Part shown: one piece after another, positions 1 through 9,924 of the stretch
Position numbering within the stretch: position 1 is the first letter of the stretch
Layout of the letters: every line of letters starts with the position of its first letter
From: an uncultured Planctomycetia bacterium
GTDB taxonomy: Bacteria; Omnitrophota; Gorgyraeia; VGKH01; JBHPFN01
Length of the DNA: 64,000 nucleotides
Assembly (NCBI GenBank): GCA_964406665.1
Contig: CAYOSQ010000001.1
Location: forward strand, 7,412 to 71,411
Direction: 5' to 3'
Translations under genes and position numbers: made by a program
Notes under the pieces: generated by a model
What the model saw: the letters and a program-made list of their open reading frames with translations, nothing else
Told to the model about the DNA's origin: nothing
Database searches by the model: none

Positions 1-326
1 TATTAAAGATACTTAAAAAGTTAATGCCGGGTATAGAAAATCACATAGATACAACATTAACCGCTACGCCGCTTACTTTTGAAAGATATACCTCAAATAA
101 ACAGGGAGCAGCTTATGGTTGGGCGCCAACGCCTCAACAGGCGAATTCTTCTTTAATCCCACAAGAAACATCTATTGAAGGATTGTATTTAACAGGCCAC
201 TGGTGCACCAAAGGGATTGGTACAGGATGCATTTCAGGAGTAGCAAGCTTAGGCAGAAACGCTGCAAAGCTTGTCTTAGAAAACAAGGGTAAAAAATGGG
301 ATTACCCAATATTGTTCAGGAAATAA
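1..326 (+). CDS. C-terminal fragment of a phytoene-desaturase-family FAD-dependent oxidoreductase (CrtI-like). The reading frame is open to the window edge.
   Basis: C-terminal AAYGW...GLYLTGHW..G.G.GI.GV..SG motif is typical of the CrtI / amine-oxidase family. No stop codon occurs upstream in this frame within the window. Confidence 0.55.
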   Translation, partial: LKILKKLMPGIENHIDTTLTATPLTFERYTSNKQGAAYGWAPTPQQANSSLIPQETSIEGLYLTGHWCTKGIGTGCISGVASLGRNAAKLVLENKGKKWDYPILFRK

Positions 327-330
327 TATC

Positions 331-1062
331 ATGAGCTTCAAAGAAAAAAACGCTATAGTTATTGAGGGCAACCGCCGGCTCGGCGCCCAAGCAAGTATTG
401 AGCTGGCTAAAAAAGGTGCTAAGGTAACTGTCTTAACAAGCATGGCCGATAACAGTTTTTCTAAGCTTATCAATAAGAATAAACTAAATATACGATGCAT
501 AAAAATTGGCAAACAAAAAACCTCTCTAAAGAGTGGCATTGCTAAAGCTAAAAAAATATGTAAATCTATCGATATCGTTATAAATTATCTAAATGCTGAA
601 AAAGGATCTCATTACTCAATTGGCAAAAAGAAAGCCGTAAAGCAAAGCTGGCAATCATTCTTTTCAGTAAATCTAAAAAGTTTTAACTCATCTCTTGAGA
701 CAATTATCTCTTCCATGGTTAATCAAAAAAATAGCACTATTATAACGCTCGCTGACACACCTATTCAAGGAACCCTGCATTATCTTACAGTGAGAAATAT
801 TATTACAGCAACTACCAAAACCTTAGGCAGAGAGCTGGCAAAAAAGAATATTCGCCTCAATGCAGTTATCCCAGGACCTATCGAGGGTGAAGACTACTCC
901 AGGGTCCTTAGAACCCACGCAGCAGCACTGTCGATGTATTTTCCTCATTTTAAACCTGCCAAAATAAATGAAATAGTCGAGCCGGTTTTGTTTCTGGCTA
1001 GTAAAGATTCCAGCTATATATTCTCAGAAACTATCCGCGTTGATTCTGGCTTCGCCTCATAA
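331..1062 (+). CDS. Short-chain dehydrogenase/reductase (SDR) family oxidoreductase
   Basis: SDR-like layout: degenerate N-terminal Rossmann segment (GNRRLGAQASIELAKKGAKVTVL), NAVIPGPI and a C-terminal LFLAS..SSYI...RVDSGF motif. An AGGAAA Shine-Dalgarno-like sequence sits upstream of the ATG. Confidence 0.55.
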   Translation: MSFKEKNAIVIEGNRRLGAQASIELAKKGAKVTVLTSMADNSFSKLINKNKLNIRCIKIGKQKTSLKSGIAKAKKICKSIDIVINYLNAEKGSHYSIGKKKAVKQSWQSFFSVNLKSFNSSLETIISSMVNQKNSTIITLADTPIQGTLHYLTVRNIITATTKTLGRELAKKNIRLNAVIPGPIEGEDYSRVLRTHAAALSMYFPHFKPAKINEIVEPVLFLASKDSSYIFSETIRVDSGFAS

Positions 1063-1109
1063 AATACGAATGTGTTGACAAATCATCATGCATATCCTAC
1101 AATTTTCTT

Positions 1110-2612
1110 GTGGACCTATTAAAGTATCCTAAAAAATCTATCAGCTATATAGAAAATCCTAATGTCCCTCTTCTATATTATTTCCTAACATTTTTTGCAG
1201 TAATAAGCTTAAGGAATTTCCTAGATATTTTCTCCGATACCGCACGCATATCATTTACATTATTTCCTATAACTCACGAATTATTTATGGCAGCATATGT
1301 AAGTCTAGGCATATCTTTCGCCCATTTTTATCTTTTCTGGATTGCGCTATTTTTGATATTTCCCTTTATAGCTACGTTTATTACTAAACAAGATATAGGT
1401 AAAACTCTGCGCATTATCTTAGGTTTCAGCTGGATTATAGTCATTACTCCAATTGCTGATCTTTTACTTTCAAGAGGTCAGGGCATCGAGGCAACATTTA
1501 TAGCACCAACAAGTTTAGGAAGCATTATTCCTTTGCCACAGGCGCTTAACCCTGGAGAAAAAATAACCTGCGTTGTCAGTATCCTGCTAATTTTTACTTA
1601 TGCAATCGTCAAAACGAAGAAGCTAAACAAGGCCTTACTTTTAGCTTTTCTTTTTTATTTAGTTAATATGCTTAGTTTTATGTTTCCGTTTTTAATCACA
1701 TCAATCGCAAGAATATTTAATAAGGCTTTTACAATAACATCTCCGGCAAACATAATTCCTATTCTCTCTGCCGTAATAGTTGTTGAAGCTGCTTTTCTTT
1801 TCTATTTATACGATAAAAAGTTCTTTATCTCCATTGTTAAAAGTGCGGGAATTTTAAAAAGTCTGCAGCTTGTTTTTATGTTTACCTTGGGTATCCTACT
1901 TTTTAGAGCGCGCCTTAACGGATTTATATTTAATAATATCGGTTTATTTTTCTTAAGTTCTTTAGTAATCATGCTCGCCTTAACTGCAATAACTCTTTTT
2001 AAAAGAAGCCGAGATGGATTAACACCATGTAAAACATCGCTAAAGATTTCATCTATTGCTCTGCTACTTGCGATTTTATGTGCAGCTTCAATAAACATAA
2101 CAACACTTTTTTTCCTTTTGGTCGCAATTGCCTGTGCTTTTATATACTACCTGCCACCTTTAAAATTAATGCGCATTCCTTTTTTCTCAAAAGTTTTTCT
2201 AGCATTAATGATTCTACTAATTATTATGCTAGGGTGGCTTTTTGCCGGTGGTGAGCTTTCTCAGTTCCCTCAGATATTTAGCCTATACATTCTAATTTTC
2301 TTCACCGGCTGCCTGAACATTACTGAAATCAATAAAAAACAAGACGCCGCCAAAGATGCCTTCCCCTTGCTAGAGATGTTCGGCGAAAAAAGATATAAGC
2401 TATTTATCGGCTGCTTATTTTTTCTATCCTATCTGTTGATTCCCTTGGTGCTAGTAGCAAAGATCTTGTTGATTCCCAGCATTTTATTCGCTGCGCTGTT
2501 TTTATTTTTCATTGTAAGAAAAAACTACCAAGAACATCCCATCATACTTACTTACACAGTAAGCCTCGCAGGAATACTTATTTGGCTAAACTATTTCAGA
2601 ATAACTGGATAA
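1110..2612 (+). CDS. Polytopic integral membrane protein of unknown function (about 12-14 TM helices)
   Basis: 500 aa ORF that is almost entirely hydrophobic helices. No catalytic motif recognised. GTG start. Confidence 0.45.
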   Translation: MDLLKYPKKSISYIENPNVPLLYYFLTFFAVISLRNFLDIFSDTARISFTLFPITHELFMAAYVSLGISFAHFYLFWIALFLIFPFIATFITKQDIGKTLRIILGFSWIIVITPIADLLLSRGQGIEATFIAPTSLGSIIPLPQALNPGEKITCVVSILLIFTYAIVKTKKLNKALLLAFLFYLVNMLSFMFPFLITSIARIFNKAFTITSPANIIPILSAVIVVEAAFLFYLYDKKFFISIVKSAGILKSLQLVFMFTLGILLFRARLNGFIFNNIGLFFLSSLVIMLALTAITLFKRSRDGLTPCKTSLKISSIALLLAILCAASINITTLFFLLVAIACAFIYYLPPLKLMRIPFFSKVFLALMILLIIMLGWLFAGGELSQFPQIFSLYILIFFTGCLNITEINKKQDAAKDAFPLLEMFGEKRYKLFIGCLFFLSYLLIPLVLVAKILLIPSILFAALFLFFIVRKNYQEHPIILTYTVSLAGILIWLNYFRITG

Positions 2613-2637
2613 TCTTTTTAATTAAATATAGAAGGTT

Positions 2638-3171
2638 TTAGTGGATGCGAAAACTGCGGATTGCTTTTTTAAACGTAGATTCATAATTAGCAAATTGGAT
2701 ATCCTGAGCAGTACAAGTTACGATATAAGCCTTACCGTCCTTAACCCATAATACTGCCAAGGTTTTTATAGACATGTCTTGACCATCACTGGTAAAACTA
2801 AGCCAGTTACCGCGGTGCGACCCAGAAGAGATCTCCCCTTCAGAAATACCATATTCTTCTCCAGGGACTGTTTCTAAGGTTTCGTTTTTGAATAGTTCAA
2901 AAAAAGTAACCGTTTGCATACCGACAGGTGCAGTGGTAACTACTACGTTGATATTCTCCTGAAAACGATCTGCTTTATCTTCCAGCGGGGATTTAGTTAG
3001 AATTATCGTTCCGTACAATCCCTCTATCTTAACCCACAAACGAGGTAGAGAAATTGAGAAACCATAATGCTTGCTTTCATAATTCTGCCACAGAAGCCCA
3101 GGCACAAACAAAATCATTGCCATTATAACAACGAGCATAATTCCAATAATTCTTTTAGCTTTTAAGCTCAT
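2638..3171 (-). CDS. Hypothetical membrane-anchored protein (N-terminal TM helix), the last gene of the Tad-like cluster
   Basis: 177 aa ORF with an N-terminal hydrophobic anchor. It is 2 nt downstream of tadC on the same strand. Confidence 0.4.
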   Translation of the reverse strand: MSLKAKRIIGIMLVVIMAMILFVPGLLWQNYESKHYGFSISLPRLWVKIEGLYGTIILTKSPLEDKADRFQENINVVVTTAPVGMQTVTFFELFKNETLETVPGEEYGISEGEISSGSHRGNWLSFTSDGQDMSIKTLAVLWVKDGKAYIVTCTAQDIQFANYESTFKKAIRSFRIH

Positions 3172-3173
3172 TA

Positions 3174-4052
3174 TTAAAATCCTCCTGGGATTAATTCTCC
3201 TGAAGTAAACTTAATGATAATTGGGCCTGCAACAACAATCATAATTACCGGCAGAATAAAAAACAACAGTGGAAACAGAATCTTAAGAGATGCAGCAATT
3301 GCCTGCCTCTCCCCTTCTATAAAACGCCCTTCGCGGGTATCTTCAGATAAGTTCCTGAAGGCCTCTTCAACAGAAGTACCCATGCGCTCAGACTGAACAA
3401 CCGTACGCACAAAACTTCTGATATCAGGAATATCTAATCTTCTAGACATATCTTTTAAAGCATCTATTCTATTGCGGCCTACCTGAATTTCTTTAAGCAC
3501 AAGTTCAAGTTGTTCGCTAAATGCGTTTCTATCTACTTTCTCAATTACCCATTTAAGTGATGATGTAAAATCTAATCCGGCACCGATACAAAGATCAATT
3601 AAGTCTATAGTTTCTGGAAACACCCTGACTATTTCGCGCTTCTTTTGTTTTATCTTATTCATGAAAATCATGTCTGGAATAAAGAAGCCAATCGTTCCAC
3701 CCGCGAATGCATAGCCTTCTGTCTGGGTTAACAAATAAACAATAAATCCGCTGAACAATGACAAAAATATTTTAACCAACACCAATCCGGTAACATCGAG
3801 ATTGATTCTTAAAACCTCTGTTTGCATCTGAAGTTTCTTTAAATATGCCATATTGGCAATCGGCTGAGTCAAAGGAAGCAGGGGTTTCAACAATTTAGAA
3901 GAAGAAAGCTGATTAAGCCTAGATCCTTTAGAATCCAATACAGAACGCAAACGTGGTTTCTTTTGCACCTGAAGCATAGAGGTAGACATCATATAAACTG
4001 CCGTAGCAACCATAACTAAAATAGAATAATATAAAGTTGTCTCAAAATCCAT
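3174..4052 (-). CDS. tadC: Tad pilus inner-membrane platform protein TadC (type II secretion system F domain)
   Basis: T2SSF-domain signature: GLDFTSSLKWVI...QVGRNRIDALKDMSRRLDIPDIRSFVRTVVQSERMGTSVEEAFRNLSEDTR, followed by C-terminal TM helices. Confidence 0.8.
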   Translation of the reverse strand: MDFETTLYYSILVMVATAVYMMSTSMLQVQKKPRLRSVLDSKGSRLNQLSSSKLLKPLLPLTQPIANMAYLKKLQMQTEVLRINLDVTGLVLVKIFLSLFSGFIVYLLTQTEGYAFAGGTIGFFIPDMIFMNKIKQKKREIVRVFPETIDLIDLCIGAGLDFTSSLKWVIEKVDRNAFSEQLELVLKEIQVGRNRIDALKDMSRRLDIPDIRSFVRTVVQSERMGTSVEEAFRNLSEDTREGRFIEGERQAIAASLKILFPLLFFILPVIMIVVAGPIIIKFTSGELIPGGF

Positions 4053-4906
4053 TATACCCTCAATGTACTGATCTTCTTAATCAGAAATATAGCAAGTATC
4101 TGAGCTATAACTGCAGCAATAAGTAACATCCTGCCCTGCTCAGAACTCCACATAACATCAAAATGATCCGGCTGCTGCTTAGATATGAACAATGCGAAGC
4201 CAATCGGTAAAATACTCATAATGACACCTTGCATTCTTCCCTGCAGAGTAAGAGTCGCTATTTTATTTTTCAATTTTATATTGTTACGCATCGTCTCAAC
4301 AAGCCTGGAAAAAACCCTGGTTAACTCACCACCTGTCTCGCGGGCAACTAGAACAGAGCTAACCAAAAGATTTACTTCTTCAATCGGCATTCTTACCCTC
4401 AGCTTACGCATAGAATCTTCCAGGCTAACGCCCCACTTATTTTCCTTAAGGATCAAATTAAATTCCTGTGATACAGGAGGAGGCATCTCTTCACATAATA
4501 CTTCTATTGCCTGTATAAGACTCAATCCACCTTTTAATGAAGAAGAAAGAATCATCATACTATCAACTAACTGAGCCGTAAACTGCTTAAGCCTTCTTTG
4601 TTTAATAAAATTACTCGCAAAACCTGGAAAGGCTAGGCCTAAGAAAAACCCTACAATCAAACCTATTACACTTTGGAACAAAATAAAAAATGCCCCTGCA
4701 AAAATCAAGGGACATACAGAAATTAAAACTAGCTTCTTCTTTTCTAAAAAAATAAAAGAGTCTTCTAGTTTATCTACTACCTTATCTACTCTTTTTTCCT
4801 GCCAACTACCCCACTTTTTTGCAAAAGCAGGAATAATCGCTTCGACCAAAACGAAAGAAAAAATATAAGTTGCTATAAAAACTAGTAAATATATAAGTGC
4901 GTTCAT
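4052..4906 (-). CDS. tadB: Tad pilus inner-membrane platform protein TadB (T2SSF domain)
   Basis: LKGGLSLIQAIEVL...LVARETGGELTRVFSRLVETMR T2SSF motif with flanking TM helices. Its stop overlaps the tadC start. Confidence 0.8.
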   Translation of the reverse strand: MNALIYLLVFIATYIFSFVLVEAIIPAFAKKWGSWQEKRVDKVVDKLEDSFIFLEKKKLVLISVCPLIFAGAFFILFQSVIGLIVGFFLGLAFPGFASNFIKQRRLKQFTAQLVDSMMILSSSLKGGLSLIQAIEVLCEEMPPPVSQEFNLILKENKWGVSLEDSMRKLRVRMPIEEVNLLVSSVLVARETGGELTRVFSRLVETMRNNIKLKNKIATLTLQGRMQGVIMSILPIGFALFISKQQPDHFDVMWSSEQGRMLLIAAVIAQILAIFLIKKISTLRV

Positions 4907-4915
4907 AGGGCAATA

Positions 4916-5167
4916 CTATGGGGTCGGCGTGCTTATATCTGTAGTTACTGTACTACGAATACCTTCGTTTCCAACTATATCCGGCACATAGGTCTCCCCT
5001 CTACCGTAAGTCTCAGAAACTTCACGCCATTTTCCCACAAAACTATTTCTTATATAATACCCCATAACCACCAAAGTTGCAACAACAATTACAAGTAAAA
5101 CTACATAATCTAGCATTGCCTGAGCATGTCGGTAGCATTTTTGTTTTCTTTTCATCTTACTCCCCAC
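4916..5167 (-). CDS. Small Flp/TadE-like prepilin-type protein (variant class III leader A|QAMLDY)
   Basis: HAQAMLDYVVLLVIVVATLVVMGYY: a basic leader, then the QxxL(D/E)Y motif and a hydrophobic helix. Confidence 0.4.
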   Translation of the reverse strand: MGSKMKRKQKCYRHAQAMLDYVVLLVIVVATLVVMGYYIRNSFVGKWREVSETYGRGETYVPDIVGNEGIRSTVTTDISTPTP

Positions 5168-5227
5168 AATCTAAACTTATTATATTATTTTCAATAAAAT
5201 ATTTTTGTTTCAACTAACAAAATCTCA

Positions 5228-7498
5228 TTATTCCAGAGGTAGAGGACATGGATTTGAGTCGCCCCACGGCCAATCCGGATTCTCATAATCAGGATCAGGT
5301 ATTGCTGCTGGACAAGGAGGATAATCTTCCTGACATAAGATATTACAACACTCTAATTTCTCCGGTTCATCGCTTGTTGCGTAGTGAGAACAACAGTCCT
5401 GACACTCTTCCACCAAGCCAACGCATTCACTTATGCATTCTGCCTGACAATATGGCAAGATTTCTCCTTCTTCTCCTAAGCATGCTTCTTCAAATAAGTC
5501 TGCATTGAAACAATCCGGACATTCATCTTGTATATTCGTATCACCATCAATAAGATCAGCAATTTCTGCAATACAACGCTGTTGACAATCAGTAAGTGTC
5601 TCTCCGAAAAAACATTCATCAGTTGCAACATCATTAAATCCATCCCTATCAGCATCAAACCATCCATTGCCCGGCATTATTTCACAACAGGCATCTATAG
5701 CTAGCTTTAAAGCTTCAAGTGCATTTTGCTGAGCAATCAACCCATCTTCTGCATCATTGATTAATTGTTGAAGCCTATCTCGCAATGTTGATAATCCACA
5801 CAAAGGACCTTCTACCATATTAATACATTCTGATAGAGGAATATCTGATGCCATAATGTCACAACCTTCATCGCAATCCTCTGTAGGCTCCACACACCCT
5901 CTGCCCCAAAGATCAGGAGGATTATTGCCACATTCAACATTATTGTTTACCCAGGGATGAAGATAAGCCCTCTCTCCTCCCGGCAAACTATCCCACCAAG
6001 GAGGATATTGTCCATAGCTTTGCGTCTGGTGCATTACTTTAAGCTCGCAATTATAGAAAAGCCCGTCATTATTATCCAAACAGCAAAAACTTTCACAGCA
6101 CTCCTCTTCATAATCTAAACCAGCTCCTGTTGTCATACAATTTTCAACACATGGAGGCACTTCTTCTGTCCACATGCAGTATCCATAGCACGGAGGATTA
6201 TTGCCAGCATCATCGCACTGAAAACACTCTCTAACATTCCAGCAATACCACCAAAAGCGTCCCCAATCACTACCACAATCGTTTTCAAGCTGCCAGTCAG
6301 TCATTGTGGTATCGCAATGATCATCCTGACAATCGCTGGAACGTGGCGGAACACACAAAGCCATGCAATTATCAAAAGGATCTCCCGGGGGAAGACCTTG
6401 ACACCCTCCAAACATTGGAGAAGTGTTTGCACACCAATCTTCTGCCTCAGCATCACACTGATCTTCACATCTATCTTCTGCCCAAGTATAACAAGGAGCC
6501 TTACAAGGCTCTATGGCAGGCTCTGCGCAATCTTTCTGACAGCGCAACTCTGCATACTCTGCACAGCCATTGCCCGCGAGACCCGATGTAATTCCATTAA
6601 TGATATTATTGGCTTCAGATATCCTAACACCTAACTCTGCTATCTGGCTATCCCACTCATCTTTATATCCTTGTATTAACATAGGGCATTGATTTGCAGC
6701 AATTAAATCTAGGCACGCATTCATTTCATCTAAATTTGTATAAACTGGGTTCTGACAACAGTTATTAATATCGTTGTACCTTGCCTGGATTTCTGCTTTC
6801 CTAGCTGCAAGCTTGTTTGCCTCTGCATCAATCTTGTTTGCAGAGTCTTTCAATTTTCTTGCAGTTACTCCAAAACCTGCCCACCAGCAAAGCTCCCACC
6901 AATCATCGCATTCTTCTGCCTGCCTTCTTAATTCTGCTGCCTCACTGCGCATAGCTCTTTCTGCATCGTCAAGCGCGTCAATCTGTCCCGCTAAAGCAGC
7001 AAGCTTTGCTTCAGTATTTCTTTCACACATACATTTATCATAAACATAACAATCTTCTCTTATTTCATATATAATAATCCCATTTTCTCCAACATGTTCT
7101 ATAACGCATTCAGGATGAGCTGCTCTACACCGTTCCTCTGCATCTGCCATACCAATGGGTTGAAGAACGAACGAAATCTCTTGATCTGTTCTTCCTGCAA
7201 AAACCCAATCGTCAGTTATGTCCAGGGGCGCTATGGGATCAATCGTAGAAGAGCCCAAATAAGCAGTATCGTTATTGAAGGCTCCGTAAGAATCTTTATT
7301 CGCTGCAACCATACGGGTATCTTGATATTCATCTTGGCGCTGGGCAAAGTTTGAGGTAAACCAAAGCCAGATACGCGTAATGCCAATGGCTAATGCTAAA
7401 ACAACTATGAAGGAAAAAACAAAACCCAGGATTGACTGACCTATTCTGCGGTTTTTTCTAACTAGGAAAGGTATTTTTTTACAACCCAAACATATCAC
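5228..7498 (-). CDS. Giant Cys-, Asp/Glu- and Trp-rich secreted or pilus-associated protein with an Flp-like leader (paralog A, 756 aa)
   Basis: The N-terminal RRIGQSILGFVFSFIVVLALAIG resembles the Flp leader of the 71 aa pilin (G|QSILEY). There are about 64 Cys and the protein is very acidic. Conserved blocks AEECDDWWELCWWAGFG and CQAECIS.CVGLV.ECQDCC.HYAT..EPEKLECCN are shared with the 9925-12123 paralog. Confidence 0.6.
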   Translation of the reverse strand: MICLGCKKIPFLVRKNRRIGQSILGFVFSFIVVLALAIGITRIWLWFTSNFAQRQDEYQDTRMVAANKDSYGAFNNDTAYLGSSTIDPIAPLDITDDWVFAGRTDQEISFVLQPIGMADAEERCRAAHPECVIEHVGENGIIIYEIREDCYVYDKCMCERNTEAKLAALAGQIDALDDAERAMRSEAAELRRQAEECDDWWELCWWAGFGVTARKLKDSANKIDAEANKLAARKAEIQARYNDINNCCQNPVYTNLDEMNACLDLIAANQCPMLIQGYKDEWDSQIAELGVRISEANNIINGITSGLAGNGCAEYAELRCQKDCAEPAIEPCKAPCYTWAEDRCEDQCDAEAEDWCANTSPMFGGCQGLPPGDPFDNCMALCVPPRSSDCQDDHCDTTMTDWQLENDCGSDWGRFWWYCWNVRECFQCDDAGNNPPCYGYCMWTEEVPPCVENCMTTGAGLDYEEECCESFCCLDNNDGLFYNCELKVMHQTQSYGQYPPWWDSLPGGERAYLHPWVNNNVECGNNPPDLWGRGCVEPTEDCDEGCDIMASDIPLSECINMVEGPLCGLSTLRDRLQQLINDAEDGLIAQQNALEALKLAIDACCEIMPGNGWFDADRDGFNDVATDECFFGETLTDCQQRCIAEIADLIDGDTNIQDECPDCFNADLFEEACLGEEGEILPYCQAECISECVGLVEECQDCCSHYATSDEPEKLECCNILCQEDYPPCPAAIPDPDYENPDWPWGDSNPCPLPLE

Positions 7499-8486
7499 CT
7501 TCTTCGCTGTAAACTATCTGAACTACGGCTCCTTCCTCTGAAGAAATAATATTGGGCATGATGGTAATTTTGACAAACTCATAATCATTAGTGAAATTCA
7601 AAGTATAGGTCTGATAAAATGCTTTATCTAAATCCCTGGAACCGCTGAAAGGAAAACGAAGCTTTCCTAATTTAAATCCTTTTTTGCTGCCTGACATCTT
7701 CTTATATTTATCCAGCATATCTCCTGCCTTAAAAGAACTGGTTAAATCCCAACCCTCGAGCTCCATCATCCTTTCATAAAATTCCAATGCTTCATCTAAA
7801 GAGAGTTCAGTAGTGTAAGTAACATATGTTTGTTTTCCAATGTTCATGTTGGACAATCGCACACTATCAGGTGGACGAGGAACATCTGATAAATCTTCCC
7901 CCTCTAAATCTTCTTTGGGCATATCAAAAAAAGTGTCTTCTGTTGACATGGGCAGTTCATCTAAGTTGGCAACGCCAATGGGAAGAAGATATTTAGCAAT
8001 ACCAACATCTGTGCCGTCATCAGCAGCAGTTAAAGCTACTTCAACTACTAGCTGATCTTTCTTAAACTGCATCCTGCGTATTTTGCTTCTGGGAAGTAAT
8101 TCCATAACTTTATCTTTAATGTTTCCACCTTTTAATAAAGACGCGTTTTCCGGCTTAGCTATTGACTCTGGTGGAACCATATCAGGCATTTTTTCATCTA
8201 AAACATTATCAAATTCTTCGTCTCGGAAAAAATCACTGTAATAGTTTGCAACATCGAAACGATTATCTTCACTTTTGTATACAACTCCAGAGACATCTTG
8301 ACCTCTTAATTTAAGAGTAAATGTATCTATCTTTTCACTGTTCTCTGGTGCCGGCACAACAAAATCAATACCAACCTCATCTTCAGCCCAAACAGAAGAT
8401 AACAATAAAACAAGTGTCACTACAATAATGACACCCGGATAAACAAACAAATTACTTTTTTTGAAATATTTTCTATGTACCATCAT
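7479..8486 (-). CDS. Hypothetical secreted/periplasmic protein (N-terminal signal anchor) inside the Tad cluster
   Basis: 335 aa ORF with N-terminal hydrophobic segment VIIVVTLVLLLSSVWA. Same strand as the cluster and overlaps its neighbours by a few nt. Confidence 0.45.
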   Translation of the reverse strand: MMVHRKYFKKSNLFVYPGVIIVVTLVLLLSSVWAEDEVGIDFVVPAPENSEKIDTFTLKLRGQDVSGVVYKSEDNRFDVANYYSDFFRDEEFDNVLDEKMPDMVPPESIAKPENASLLKGGNIKDKVMELLPRSKIRRMQFKKDQLVVEVALTAADDGTDVGIAKYLLPIGVANLDELPMSTEDTFFDMPKEDLEGEDLSDVPRPPDSVRLSNMNIGKQTYVTYTTELSLDEALEFYERMMELEGWDLTSSFKAGDMLDKYKKMSGSKKGFKLGKLRFPFSGSRDLDKAFYQTYTLNFTNDYEFVKITIMPNIISSEEGAVVQIVYSEEGDMFGL

Positions 8487-9906
8487 CCCATTCTATCTCT
8501 TCTATGCCTGCTTCATAAAGATGTAGTTCAGTATTAAAATAATCTTCCCAGTGAGATATGATATAGGCAATGCCGATAGGTGCAGCTAACAATGTAAGGA
8601 ATATACCCCAGAGATTATCGGCATCCCATAAAGTCGGCTGAATAGTAGAAGTCCTTCCTCCGGGATAGCTTTCTACAAAAACCCGTGAGGAAGACTCGGC
8701 ATCAATTTGCTCCAACATAGGATCAGAATTACCATAGCGGAAATTCCATAAACCTAAGTTTTCTCCCTGCTTGTACCTTTGCACTTTAACCAATATAGGA
8801 CTGTTTTCTACCTGCCACTGTTGACCATCCATACCACCTTCGCTTGGATCTTTAAACTTCAGGCCGAAAGCAATGGATTTAATTAGCAACCTTCCTATTG
8901 TTGCCTCGGCACCGGCAAACAACCCTGCGATAATTGGTGCAAGCGGACCTGCCCAACCACACATGGCCAGCCAAGTAGGATATCTTGTTACAAATATATA
9001 GGCCCAAGCTAAATTAGCAGCCATATCCTGAGGTGCACCTAAATCAACTAAATCCAAAATGTACAACATTCTCATAGAAATTACACTTACTTCTACCCAG
9101 TTATCATAATCTCTCCAACAGCCATCATCCAGGCCGCCCCCCAAACAAGCTTGTTGATTTCCTCCAGAATCATCAAAACTGTTATGCATTACCCAATCAT
9201 CAGCAGCAACAGACCATTGCCACTCCCAACCATAGCCGTTTATCGGCATGGGGTCGCCTAAATCTGCTGAGGGGTCGTCAGTTTCTCCAAAAACATCTTC
9301 AACCCAAAACCCAGTTTTTGAATGAGACATAAATCTGGAAAAGCCGTTCATTCCATGCTCTTTAGCGTCAGGGCTTATACCAGCTATGTATTCATCATAT
9401 GATGCATTGCTGGCAGCCTTACCCGATCCTGCAAGAAAATCTTCATAGGTAGGCCTAGGTTCATCAACGCCTACATTGTTAAACGCATACTGTATGGCCG
9501 CCTTTCTGGCTCTTGCCCAGGCCATCTGAGAATCCCAACCAGCTTTTGCAAGCTTTGATAAATTGGAAGACATTACCGTTGCCAATGTTGCTATAGCAGT
9601 AATAAGATTTCCCGGAAACGGGATAAGAAGAAGCTCTAATATAATAGCTACACATTTTATTATATTCTCACCACACATTAAGTCGCTGGTAAGACCATAG
9701 CTAAGCAACTGACCTGTCATAGTGCTAGCTGCAGAGATTGACCCTGCATCAGCAGCATTGGATACATCGGTTTTAAACAAGGCTATCTGACCTACGTTTA
9801 CGGTAATCATTACCATAACGATTACAACGCAGAGAATCGCAATCAGAAAAGGAAATATCTGACCTGATTCATACTTTGTTTTGTCTTGGGAAAACTTAAT
9901 AAACAT
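8473..9906 (-). CDS. tadG: TadG-like pilus-assembly protein (TadE/G-like N-terminal domain)
   Basis: N-terminal GQIFPFLIAILCVVIVMVMITVNVGQIALFKTDVSNAADAGSISAAS matches the TadG pattern (TM helix followed by an NAADA(A/G) motif). Confidence 0.5.
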   Translation of the reverse strand: MFIKFSQDKTKYESGQIFPFLIAILCVVIVMVMITVNVGQIALFKTDVSNAADAGSISAASTMTGQLLSYGLTSDLMCGENIIKCVAIILELLLIPFPGNLITAIATLATVMSSNLSKLAKAGWDSQMAWARARKAAIQYAFNNVGVDEPRPTYEDFLAGSGKAASNASYDEYIAGISPDAKEHGMNGFSRFMSHSKTGFWVEDVFGETDDPSADLGDPMPINGYGWEWQWSVAADDWVMHNSFDDSGGNQQACLGGGLDDGCWRDYDNWVEVSVISMRMLYILDLVDLGAPQDMAANLAWAYIFVTRYPTWLAMCGWAGPLAPIIAGLFAGAEATIGRLLIKSIAFGLKFKDPSEGGMDGQQWQVENSPILVKVQRYKQGENLGLWNFRYGNSDPMLEQIDAESSSRVFVESYPGGRTSTIQPTLWDADNLWGIFLTLLAAPIGIAYIISHWEDYFNTELHLYEAGIEEIEWDDGT

Positions 9907-9924
9907 AAAATCCTTTTTCCACTA

